A DNA stretch of 61,321 nucleotides, counting the filler, from Asterionella formosa (taxonomy: Eukaryota): assembly GCA_002256025.1 (NCBI GenBank). It is 9 parts of 9 records of this genome, joined end to end, with 100 filler letters (N's around TTAATTAATTAA, not from the genome) between each part and the next. Parts side by side here need not be neighbours in the genome. Positions count along the whole stretch, not along the records: positions 20,505 to 27,234 come from NKIB01012627.1; positions 27,335 to 34,062 come from NKIB01012628.1; 7 more parts are not named here. One strand, given 5' to 3'. The position numbers were made by a program, and so were the translations under genes. Below are positions 22,799 through 34,062 of this stretch, one piece after another. Position 1 is the first letter of the stretch, and each line of letters starts with the position of its first letter. The notes beneath the pieces are model-generated. The model was not told the DNA's origin. It made no database searches and saw only the letters and a program-made list of their open reading frames with translations.

Positions 22799-24905
22799 GG
22801 CAATTCACAAACTAGCTATCAGCGCGCTTTTCGCCACTACATTGCCCTTTAAGTTAACATTGAAACCTATTTTAGATAGTTTGTATGTTGGATGCGAACT
22901 ATCCAATTGGCCATCACATAAAACAAATATTGTATATTTCATATGTACAGTTTTTTGATTAATCAATCCTGCAATTGCCCATCATATAAAACATATTTTG
23001 TATATTTCATATGCTCCGTTTTTCGACTGTCAAACTACCTTCAATATTTTCAATAGCCCCTAGATTTTATTGCCGAAATCGACTGCCGTTTATTTAAGGG
23101 AATTTGATTTCTGATATCTATAGCCCCTCAATTGACTGCAGTTTACTTAAGGAAAATCTACTGCCGAAATTGGACGAGAGTAGGAGGAGCAACATGAAGG
23201 CACAAAATGATGGTTTTCTTTAAAGTATCGACAGCAATTCCACTATTTACATCCCTGCTATCTTCCAGTATGCTCCGATGTATACAAAATCTGGTCATTG
23301 ATGTCTCAAACATCGACTCTTCATCAAATGAATCTGGCTGGTTGTTGGATAATTCGATTTCTTATGGATTCATATCGTCGCATCGTGCTTGCTTCGTCAC
23401 AGTGGCGCCAAAATTTTGGTTCCTCTTTCTGTTGATTTCCGATAGCCTTTCCGGTCAAATCCTTCGCTAGAATTTATATGTAGTGATGAATACATTATTG
23501 ACTGTTCAAAAGCGACATCAATCAGTCGTTGGGTATCAAAACTCGAAAAGTTATGGTAGGTCAAAGTTAGGCTTCGATCTCGTCATTGAACCGGTATTTT
23601 CGTCAGATATGATCAGCCGTTAAATTTTAACTATATTTTTGTAGTATGTTTTCTACCTGTTCTACAATATATCAAATCAGATCTGGGCAGCAAGTTTTAG
23701 TGCTGATGTGTTGACTTTTTTCTGTTGCTCTACAATAGAATTGTTTCATTGCTTTCTAATCACAATATTACTTTTGTTACTTCTGCATAATCTTCTACAA
23801 TGACAACGAAAAGTCGTCAATCTCAATGAGCTATCGCTAACTCCGCAAAGCAGCCGGAACATGATGGAACTGGTGTTCGGCATTAACTCGTATTCAACAA
23901 GGATGAGAGGACAGGTATGTGCTTCTTTATTGTTGTTGTCATATTTGAGTTCCCGCCATGGTCGAGTTTACTAATTATGAAACCTATTTCTTCCTCTTCA
24001 GAATGTTGATGAAGGCTATTGTCATGTTACTCCTCCTCTTCCTGACGATGCAACAAATCAGTATCCACTGTCAAATCAGCTTGTCCAATGAGGTGATATA
24101 TATTGCCAGTTCATTGTTGTTTTCACGAGTTATAATGATGAACACACACTACCATTATTCTTTTCCTGTGTCCCAACGCTAGCAAGCCACTTTTATCGAA
24201 ACTCGCACGAAGATTGCAAAGTCTCCAGGTCGCAAACAATGTGGGCAACATATCTCGCCAGCACCAACAACATATCACTCCATTGCTCCCTATCTTGTCA
24301 TTTTCAAGTCTTAACTTTCGATTTCCGTTTCATACTTTGGTTGCTTAACAACATTGTGTGGAATTTTCGATGCTTGTTACAATCATTCTTGTGTGACTAT
24401 TTCTTATGCATATACTGGTGTTGCAAAATCTGTTTTCCCCGACATACCGTAGGCCCTGAACCTATGATTGTTTCAAGAATCGGTTATATTTGATTGAGTT
24501 GAAGGTAAGAAGAAAAACGGATCAAACTTTGTTCTTACTAACTGGATTGTTTTGAGATACTAATGATCTTGAAACAGTCTTATCTACTTCTGTATGGTTG
24601 GTGGACCTCTACGCACCACCTCAGACCAAGTAAGTGGTACTGTCGAATCTTCTCTCCTCGTAACTAGTGTGCCAGTGTCGGTACCCGGAGTTCCTGTCCC
24701 ACAGTCATCAGGTCGCCATTTTTCAACAACTGGTACCGGTATATTCGGTGGTCCATGCATTTTTGATGTGTCCAAACTTTTCCCATGAAAATTCTACTCC
24801 GGACGTCCTCCTGCTCAACCTAAAATTGACTGCAGAAATTTCAATTGTGCCCCATATTGCCCCTAAATAAAAATATTACTTTAAGAAACCAAAAATTACT
24901 TAGAT
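22799..24905 (+). mobile_element. Older relative of the GGCAATTC-TIR element with a decayed, intron-containing interior
   Basis: Begins GGCAATTC...TAGCTATC. Shares the sub-terminal ATTGCCCATCATATAAAA..ATTTTGTATATTTCATATG repeats with 25130-25240. Ends with GTGCCCCATATTGCCC...AATTACTTAGA as at 26775-26820 and 17145-17205. Confidence 0.6.
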
Positions 24906-25047
24906 ACCCACAGTTCTCATCGAAAAGCAAGACGACAGCAAGGGTGGGGATTGCTGAAGGCAATACACGCCCGAGGTGGTCTCTTGCCTGCGAGTACACA
25001 TGTATACGAGAAGGCAAGTAGCAGCCGCCGAGAAGGGTATTGTTGAG

Positions 25048-26878
25048 GCAATTCCCGCTCTAGCTATCGTTGATTCATTCGCTAACCTACTGCCCACAAA
25101 TTTAGCATAACTGTCAATTTTAGCCTACTATTGCCCATCATATAAAATATATTTTGGATATTTCCTATCTTCACCTCGGAAATTGCCAAAGGTCCGATAT
25201 TGCCCATCATTAAAATATATTTTGTATATTTCATATGTTCGCATTCTGGCAAGACAACAGACACCAATTGCCCCTCGGTTTTCCAGCCCTGGGATTGCCG
25301 AAATCGGCAAGGGGTCTACTTAAGGAAACCATTTTATTTACTATCCAGATTCTGATAATTTATATCTAGAATTCACCTCGTTTTTGTTCTTCTCCTGAAA
25401 AGTGGACTCTGGCAATTCACCTTTCACCATGCCAATTGTCGTCCATCATGACCAGTTTGAAGCGAAATCAGTTCCGCAATGACGCCAGTAGCGATTCTTT
25501 GCCTAACAGATGCGGTTGATTGTTGGATTGCTTGTCTTCTCGAGGCATTCATGTAGTCGCATCGTCCATATTTCGTCGGACAAACAATGATATCGATACA
25601 TCTGATGTTGGTGGCAAGTTTTTGCTCCAGTCATGTATGTGATGATGCTTAACGGATATTCTACCGGTACTGGCAGTCATCTAGTCTACATACGTACACG
25701 TGGTACTAAAAATAACCATGCATGGTTTAAGCTATACTTTAACGCTTACTTTGAACACCTTATAATATTATCTCTGTTGACTCGGTATTATTTTTACTAG
25801 ACCTGAAATGTTAAATTATATCGTTCACATCTTCATTGATTTTATGTACCGTATGCCTGATTTCGTCCTCACAAATATAGTTCTCACTCTATCTTGCCTG
25901 CCTTTGCTCTATTTGGGTTTGCAATAGGCAACGTTCGTCTTTCTTTGATCCCATCGTCTGCTGCTTGTTATGCTAGTTGAAGCGAATCGGTGAGTACAAC
26001 AGTGAAACACTGAATGTGGATTGTAGATCGTATTTATCGGGCCGACTTTCCGATTTGATTGCTTCTGTGGTTTGTTTTGATCGCTTCCATCATTTATCAA
26101 TGACTACTCATTGAAGATGTGGTATTGTGCTGTTGTTGATCGTATTTGTTGATTTGTATAGTCATTGACAATGATGTCCTGCCAAGCAATGCTTTTCTTG
26201 TACTAACGCGCTTTGCTACATTTCTACTATGAGTTCTTATCAGAAGCTACATGAATACTCAGCTAGAGAGAGTCAATAGTGCTGGAGCTGCATGGCAATC
26301 ACGCTTGCTCAGAATGGAATGATCAGGGTTGCTTGTTTGGTGGGCAGAGAGGAATGACTGTGGCGGAAATACTGCAACTTGTGTCAGACTACTACAGCGA
26401 TGCGCATGGTTGCAGCAAGCAGACCATTTACGCTACATAACAATGCAGGTCAAGATTGGGTTCAGCTTTTTTCTTCTTCTTTCGGTCTTCGATTGTATGG
26501 TGATGGAAAGTCAATGTTGCCTGTGTAAGTACTACAATGATTCACAATGCATACATCTCCATTGGAACTCTTATTTTTTATTTCATTTCTAACCCAAAAC
26601 AATTTTTTCTATTTCTCATTTGTTGCTACTTATTACATCGCATTTCATACTTCGGTTGCTCCAACCATCATGTTCAATTTTCATTGATGTTGCATGTTAC
26701 AATCATTCTCGTGTGTTTTACGCTTGTTGTACCATCTCTATGCATATTACCGTAATTCTTGTTGTCATGCGATGTGCCCCATATTGCCCTTTTTTAAAAT
26801 TACTTGAGAAATTACTTAGAGCCTAAAATTTTCTTAGAAGTACCCGAATGGCAAGACGATAGCTGGAGCGGGAATTGC
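25048..26878. mobile_element. Complete ~1.83-kb non-autonomous TIR DNA transposon (superfamily unassigned)
   Basis: Left TIR GCAATTCCCGCTCTAGCTATCGT (25048-25070) and right TIR ACGATAGCTGGAGCGGGAATTGC (26856-26878) match at 22/23 positions, extending imperfectly to ~34 bp. No long ORF and no clear TSD. Confidence 0.85.
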
Positions 26879-27334
26879 TGGTACAATGTATGGCCTAACA
26901 AGTTAAGAATTTCCATGTAAAACAATCTAAATCGGCATGCATTTTTGCAACGACAGGCAAAGCAATTGCTGATGATGATGGGGTTATAACCCGGTTTGAT
27001 GTGTGTGTACCGGTAGTAACTATACTATGTGCTGATGTACCGGTGTACTGCGGAATATTACACAATACCTGCTACCGGTACCAGGTACCGGCAGTAACAT
27101 GAAGGTGATCTTCTTGGCAAGGAAAGCCAATCGTTTTTGTCCCATGGCTGATGTTGACGATAATGTCAAACATTCTACTTTGCCGCACCCCCTGATTCAT
27201 TATAGTTTACCATTACATGAGATCTTGTTCTCCTNNNNNNNNNNNNNNNNNNNNNNNNNNNNNNNNNNNNNNNNNNNNTTAATTAATTAANNNNNNNNNN
27301 NNNNNNNNNNNNNNNNNNNNNNNNNNNNNNNNNN

Positions 27335-27856
27335 ATATTCAAACTACAAAGAAGACGAAAGTACCCTGAATTGGCAATTTTTGGTACGTTTTCAACTGGT
27401 TTTCGTCCTCCAAATCCAGGCATTCCTTGTATTGGGCGTCACAACATTTTCCAATAAAAGATATTGGTCATTTGATATTTTTTCCAATAGAAGGTTCACC
27501 TTGTATTTGCGAAAGGTCGGTACGCCAAGTCCAAATACAAAGTGGAAACATATCCGGGTGTCACTCCAATTCAAGGTGTTCCTTTATTTGCAATGAGAAT
27601 ATCATCCAATACAAGGCCTTCCCTGTATCGGGCTCTGTTTATTTCCTAATACAAGGTGGCGATATTTTGTAATTAACGGTTGCCCCTGTATTGGGTTTTG
27701 GCTGGTGTACTATTTCATGTCCCAATACAAGAAGGTGACAATATTTTCCTATTCAAGGTTGCCCCTTTATTGGGTTTAGGTCGTACAAGGTCATAAGTCC
27801 CAATACAAGTGACAATATTTTGCAATTCAAGGTTGATCTTGTATTGGTCTATAGTG
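27335..27856 (-). mobile_element. Terminus of a CACTA/EnSpm-like DNA transposon with a sub-terminal repeat array
   Basis: The minus strand begins CACTATAGACCAATACAAG (plus ...CTTGTATTGGTCTATAGTG, ending 27856). More than a dozen variants of CCAATACAAGG / CCTTGTATTGG in both orientations between ~27420 and 27848. Confidence 0.75.
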
Positions 27857-28605
27857 TTAGTAAAGTATACATACGATGTCATAAATTATGATGCATATTG
27901 ATAAAACGGTTTTTTATTTATATGATCATTCAGTAATGTATACTTTCAAAATTTCAAAAACTTTTTGGCTGTGTGTCTGCTATGCATATTGATCATATAC
28001 AACTGTTACTTTGTGTTTCATATCATTATTCAGTAATGTATAGCTTCAAATTTTTAATACGTCTGGTTGGCTATGATATATTCTCGCTCAAATTATTTCC
28101 TACTGACTGTGCATAATACTAGCATAGTGTATATATACCGGGAAATCATCACTGAGTCGACGCTATTTTTATTGAGATCACAAAAATACTACTACCAAGT
28201 TATATTTCTTATCCTTTACAAAGATGTGCGGAAAACATTGTCTCAGTGTTTCACTCATCTCCAGCCACCAGTTGAACATGGAATTCTCATAATAATAGGT
28301 AAGGTGCCATGCTTAAGGAATCGAAATTGTTTAACGCCATAGCATGTAGGTCCTGCAGCTTTCTTGGACATACCAAAAAATTGCCTGTGCATTATTTCTC
28401 ACCTTTCATCGTGATTCTGTTCATTTCAGGAGTGCTACAGAAAACAATCCATGTCTCAATGCTCCTTTCGATGCAATTGAAGGATCAGTGAATTGTTGAG
28501 TGATAGGAAAGGAAACAGTCAGCTCCGGTTATTTCATGCAAAATGATTTAAGTAGTCCAAAGTGTTGAAGGTTTTTTTGTTGTTTTATTGTTTGTGCATG
28601 CAATT

Positions 28606-29216
28606 TCTGAGTATGGGAGATAACGAAGCTTTAGCTTAGTACTCGCCAGTATCAAAGGCAGCCTAAATTTCTAGTCACGCCTTTGAGGCTCGAAAACTCG
28701 GACTTGCAGGGAGGGTGGGATGGAAAAGAAAGAAACAAGTTTGAGGAACCACAAGGAAATATCATGACTACAATTGGATCTTTGCGACCTGATAAACATA
28801 AATTTACGAGCGCAAGACAAGAAAGTGGGCACTGGATGTGAATAATTTCGACTGCTGTCTTTGGCTTGAGTAGCCGACCTGAACTATTGCTCCAGCAATG
28901 CTTCATCACGACTCAGGACATTCGGTCGACTCACAGAAGTATGTTCACACACCTGTAGTACAGTTGGTTCGAATTGGTCATCTCGCAATCGAGAATTCAT
29001 GGGAATTCAAATCAATTGACTTCAATCCTCACGCTTGTACATACAGGACAAAGTATAGAGCAGTACGGTAATTTGTACTAGACTAGTAGAAATGGGCTAG
29101 TTAGAGGAGACAAAAGCTATATCTGAGCATGGGAGAAAACGAAGATTTAGCTTATTACTAGCCAATATCAAAGGCAGGCTAAATTTCTAGTCGCCCCATT
29201 GAGACTCAAAAACTTG
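28606..29216. repeat. Pair of ~95-bp diverged direct repeats (28606-28698 and 29122-29216)
   Basis: TCTGAG(T/C)ATGGGAGA.AACGAAG.TTTAGCTTA.TACT.GCCA.TATCAAAGGCAG.CTAAATTTCTAGTC is present twice, ~516 bp apart. Confidence 0.85.
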
Positions 29217-31130
29217 TCCATTTAATAATGCGGGCAAGCAATATGTTCGAGTTTAGGGAGGACTCAATGCTATGTGATGGTACCAGGGATGGTGTATGCA
29301 TCATACAAGCACTGGCGGCTGTCCCAAGTAAGCGTAGCATGATGGTTGGCCGTTTAGTGATATTTGTGTGTGTGAGGGGGTATGGTGTGGTTCGAAGGTA
29401 AATAGTTGATTGCACGCTAGGATTATCGCAACATGAGTATCTGTCGTTGAACCAAATCCCATCCAGCCTTCGTGATGGCCTTCAGAACATATACATGTGT
29501 GCATGGTATCTAAATGGAGAAAGTGTTTGTATTCTTTCTACCAAGGTGTACACGATGCATATGGTGGTGGGTATGATTTCTCAACCAATACGTAACCACA
29601 TGTATGAGGCAGGTGTGTGCCTTGGTATATCATACCAAAGTTAGAAATCAACTCGGTGAGTAGTATGAGTACAGAGTACAATTTACGATTTTAATATTCT
29701 ATTGACAATCTTAGTAGTTTCACTTGTGTGTTTTCTAAAAGAGTGAGCTTAAACTAAATGTAATTTGAAATGTAGTTTCGATTGAAACATGGCAACTCCT
29801 ACATGTCTCTGAAATGAATTTGTTCTTTGTTCCTTGGAGGCGATGTTCTTCGTAGTTCCTACAGCTGTAGCGAAGTAGATTACATCCTCTTCCTTGTAAC
29901 ATATATATCCATCTAGCCTAGATAGATTCTAGGACATAGATGTTCCTCTAATGAGATTCTTCTTTCAGGTATCTGCAATATGATGATTGGATTGTTCCTC
30001 AATCCTTTAATAGGATGAATCGATTGTTCTTCAATCCTTTAGACAGAACTGATTTGTCTCTCCAATCATTCGTAGTTAAGGGTTTACCAAGTTTGTTTGG
30101 TAAACATAGGGAAAACTTGATAGAATTCGCCCTTCAACATTGTTCTTTATCAAATGTCTGAAGGTTATCAACCTTGGTATCTAATTATGCGTTGTTCCAT
30201 CAAACACAACGACTAGTAGGGAAATGTTGTCTTCACGCAAAGTGGAGACCTAACTGGGAATCAGGAATCAAGAATTCTTCTGTGTTTCAACTACCGGTAG
30301 CAAGTATGTATATAAATTATTAGATACATATCTTTCTTTGTCAATAAAATATATCATATTTATAAGATCACGGATATCGTACAATATGTGATACAGAATT
30401 TTGTTGTCAGCATAGCCTTATTTTTGATATACTCCAGTATGTATGATAAATGTACAGAATACTACTGTTCTTACGTCACAAAACTTGGCCATAAAATCCA
30501 GCAAATCTATCCATACTGGAAAAATCGTTGGTGATAAGCAGCCCCGCCTTGACGCCTATTTCCAACGTTAGCCATCTTGCTCCCCATTTCCCGCTCCTCT
30601 TTCGCTCCGACAACCACAACTCTCTCTACTACAATCTCCGTGCCTCTTAAACAGCTGCAACGGCACACAACGTAAAAAAGACGCTCCTCCAACTTCATGG
30701 CCTTAGTTACAAGATCCTCTCAATAACCCTCCAGAAGTTCCTGTTGCAAAATATCTGCTGCCGCTAGTAATGTTCCTGTCCTGGAACCCCTGCTACTAGC
30801 TGGCTCCCTCCCCCGCTATATCTCCGATCCCGCCTCAACCAAACCGGTCTGACCTTCCGCTGCAGGCTTCCAACAAATCTGGCTTTTTTTTTCAACATGG
30901 TGCTAGTTGATTGCTAGTTCACTACTGTAGCTTTTACTACGGTCATATAAAATTGCACTGGAGGTTGAATTTTTGCATATACCATGATCCTGGTACCTGC
31001 CATTCTGCTGAAACAAATATTTAGCTATTTTATTCCATATTAAATTGTTTATGTAACCACAATGACTGCAACTTGCTGGTACCCTGGTGAGCAATCCTGC
31101 TCAACAACACATAGGGTTCGGGTTACATAG

Positions 31131-31430
31131 ATTATATCAGAACTCTATCAGGAAAGAACTTGACCAACACCTATTGAATACTTAGTGTCAACCTAGGGGA
31201 ATGAGTTGCACACAAGGATTCACTAAATACTACTACTTCTAGTAAGAAACAGAACTCTATTAGGAGAGAACTTGAAAGGTTTTCCCTTACATTATATCAA
31301 AACTCTACTATGAGGAGAGAACTCAACAAACACATATTAAATACTGTAATGTCAAAAGGGAGAACAAGTTGCACACATGGATTAACTAATAAGCTCATAT
31401 ATTCAACAAATACTACTACTTCTAGTTAGA
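31131..31430. repeat. Degenerate local direct repeats
   Basis: ATTATATCA.AACTCTA...AGAACT...AGTTGCACACA.GGATT.ACTAA...AAATACTACTACTTCTAGT occurs twice (from ~31131 and ~31291), with a partial third copy between them. Confidence 0.75.
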
Positions 31431-31557
31431 TACTTCACCTGCTAGTACTCCCTCTACTTTGGTATAGTTGTAACACGCTCAGCAAATAACCTGGCTCAAT
31501 CCACGTCATTCAAAAAAGCCCTCTGTAGAATTGAACATACATTTTCTACACAAGACA

Positions 31558-31789
31558 AGCAATGCAGGCTACTGGTGTTGGTTAGATTTGTATATTAAGG
31601 CAAGTATATCGCTAAATAGCGATACATGTTGATCATTTAGGGCTATTGAATTTACCTGAATTTTGCTAGCCAGCAATGCAGGCTACTGGTGTTGGTTAGA
31701 TTTGTATATTAAGGCAAGTATATCGCTAAATAGCGATACATGTTGATCATTTAGGGCTATTGAATTTACCTGAATTTTGCTAGCCAGCA
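31558..31789. repeat. Perfect 114-bp tandem duplication
   Basis: AGCAATGCAGGCTACTGG...GAATTTTGCTAGCC is repeated exactly at 31558 and 31672. Confidence 0.95.
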
Positions 31790-32438
31790 TAGTTGTTTTA
31801 CTCTACATGGATTGGTATACGATATTCAAGGTTGGCTTGGAACAAATTTAACAAACAAGAGTAAAAATGCCTCGCTATATTTTTCCAGGACATTGATTGA
31901 CATTGATTTGTAGGATCCACTATCTTCGTTGGTGAATGATTTGAGCACGCACTTCCAGATACATTAAAATTGTGATTCTACTGACACCAAAGCAATTGTT
32001 CAGCCAACTGAAGGTGAACACATGTATATACTACGAGTCAGTCATCCATTTCATTGCCTCCGATGTTGTCCCTTTCGAGGTTGCAAAGTGAGCAATCAAC
32101 AATGCATTGTCGCTGTTCTGATGTTAAATCCTTCTTCTTATGCCTGTTGACTAACAAAGGTTCAACAAAAAAAGGGGGGGGAGGGTCCAGAGCAAACATT
32201 TCAATCGAAGCATGATTTTACAAAAAAGCGCAAAAAACCCAAAGGCAGGTTCACCTAATTCTAGACTACTTAGAACATATATTATGTCAACCAATATGTT
32301 CCGAATAATTTTTAAATAGGAGGGGCTACTAGACGGAGAATTATTGGAGGTTGCGCTTCATGTGAGGCAGTGACCTAATGGGAGGTTGCAACTATAACGG
32401 AACAGAGGCAGTACCTGGTACCTCTTACGGAGTACCTG

Positions 32439-32592
32439 TGTTGAAATGGTCCGTACTCCTCCCCGCGGGCTGGGTCTCTCTTCACGTAGACTCTTACGTG
32501 ATCGTAGTACTACCTAGTACCACTTACTTTCTCTCTTGTCTCTGCTTCTAGCCTTCCTGCTAGATAGACTCATTGACCTTCCTGTCAATTAA
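32439..32592 (-). mobile_element. Solo or 3' Copia LTR interrupted at its terminal TTAA
   Basis: Near-identical to 13878-14031 but lacks the final CA, which is replaced by the Kolobok-like terminus. The left flank is not the palindrome/gag sequence seen at the other copy. Confidence 0.9.
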
Positions 32593-34062
32593 AGTTCCTG
32601 CATTTGAACCCCTAGCTCGAGGTAGGGTTAAAAAAATAATATTAAGTCAGAGTAGTCAAACATAGACTTCTTACGAGTAAAACGTAAATATATATCGCTA
32701 AACGGAGCTTTCACCAATACACACCCTTTCCACATGCTTAAATACAGTGATTTATCAAAGTAGGGGTATAGGTCAACGCTATATATCGTCAGGATATAGG
32801 ATCTGGCGAGAAACTGCAGAAAGGAACTTCGGTTTTTGAACTATGCTGAAAATAGTGGATTTTACCGGGCTAACTCGTTTATTAAGTTCCTTTCTGCAGT
32901 TGCTCGCCGAAAGTTAACTTCTGGGGCTATATGAAGATTACCTATGTACTTAACTCTTCTTCAAACCCTGCCAACGTTGAGCTATCGTCGTCCAAAAATT
33001 CGACAATATCGGCCTTTTCAACGGTCAACAAAACGTCGGAATCAGAATCACTAATCGCTGAAACGTCATCATCGGAATAGGAGTCTTGTGATTCGATTTT
33101 TCGTCTTACAATCGCCTGTACAAAAAATTCCATTGTAAGTGCACGCTTCACTATAAAAATTTTGATTGGTCAAGTTCAATTACTTACCGACAATTGATTG
33201 GGCTGGTTTGCGCGGTCTTGCAAACCCAAGCTGGCCACACTGGATGCACATGTAACATTTTCTTGGGTGTTGGCCGGTACAATATCCACAGTAGTAGGTA
33301 GCTGATCATCATTGATCATACGCATACCAGTGTGATCAGGCACTTTGCCTGCCGGTACATTGAATGGACAGAGTGCGCTGCTTTTCCTTTGATGATCATT
33401 GCGGCCACAATGATTGCAGACAATTGTTCCTTTCCTTCTTGTTTCCTGATGTTCCCTTCTGGTGAGCGCAACACCAGAACCGTAAGTCTTACCTGATTTG
33501 TTATCTTGCCTTTCCTGTTTGACTGTTTCGAATCGTGCTGCATGTATTTTTTCGCTTCGTTTCCTCTTTCGTTTGAATTGTGCTTTATAGGCTCCATCGT
33601 CACTTCGTCGCTTTTCTTTTTGTCTCCAGAAGGATTCTTGCAGTGCTGACATCTGCATTCCACATTGCTTGTATACATTCCTTGTATATTGTGTTGCTCC
33701 TTGTGTGTGTTGCCCAGCAACCGAAGCCACTCGATACTGAAGGCCTCCAGATCCCGCAAACACCTTGTTTTTTGGACATCGTCGCGACACTGCATTGTTC
33801 ATTGCCTCATTAATCTGCGTGTCAAAGGGATGATGCAACGATAGTAGCTTTTCGCCTTCGACTTTTGTTGCAACATGCAGCATTAACCATTCGTATAAAT
33901 CTTTTTCCTTTTCCTTGTCATGATATTTTCCGTTACTAACCATTTTTCCTGCTTTTACAGGGCACCATGTCTCAGAGCAGTAGTCGTGGCAGCCAAATAA
34001 ATGATTGATTGGTGCCTTGGAGGAAATACTAAATTCGGCCAGAGAGAGGTTCCGGTTTTTTT
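32593..34062 (-). mobile_element. 3' part of a Kolobok-like (TTAA-specific) DNA transposon
   Basis: TTAA|AG terminus shared with the 2056 copy; sub-terminal inverted repeat at 32805-32829/32884-32908; encodes a DDE transposase C-terminus. Confidence 0.75.
32942..34060 (-). CDS. C-terminal part of a Kolobok/Mutator-like DDE transposase; exons >34060-33188 and 33115-32942
   Basis: The frame stays open upstream of the listed ORF: NHLFGCHDYCSETWCP (HxxxxHxxC..WC), then DTQINEAMNNAVSRRCPKNK (catalytic Glu motif TQxNExxN...PK) and a CNHCGRNDHQRKSSALC knuckle. A GTAAG...CAG intron at 33187-33116 joins QLS to AIVRRK and an acidic tail. Confidence 0.82.

Noticed and set aside
27420..27856. Possible CRISPR array
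   Set aside because: Motifs are only ~11 bp, occur in both orientations with irregular spacing, have no cas genes nearby, sit in a eukaryotic context and end in a CACTA terminus.
29820..30139. Possible solo LTR ending ...TTCAACA
   Set aside because: Only compositional resemblance; the start boundary and TSD cannot be defined.
31558..31789. Perfect 114-bp duplication as a functional element
   Set aside because: 100% identity and exactly two copies fit an assembly overlap artefact or a trivial recent duplication equally well.
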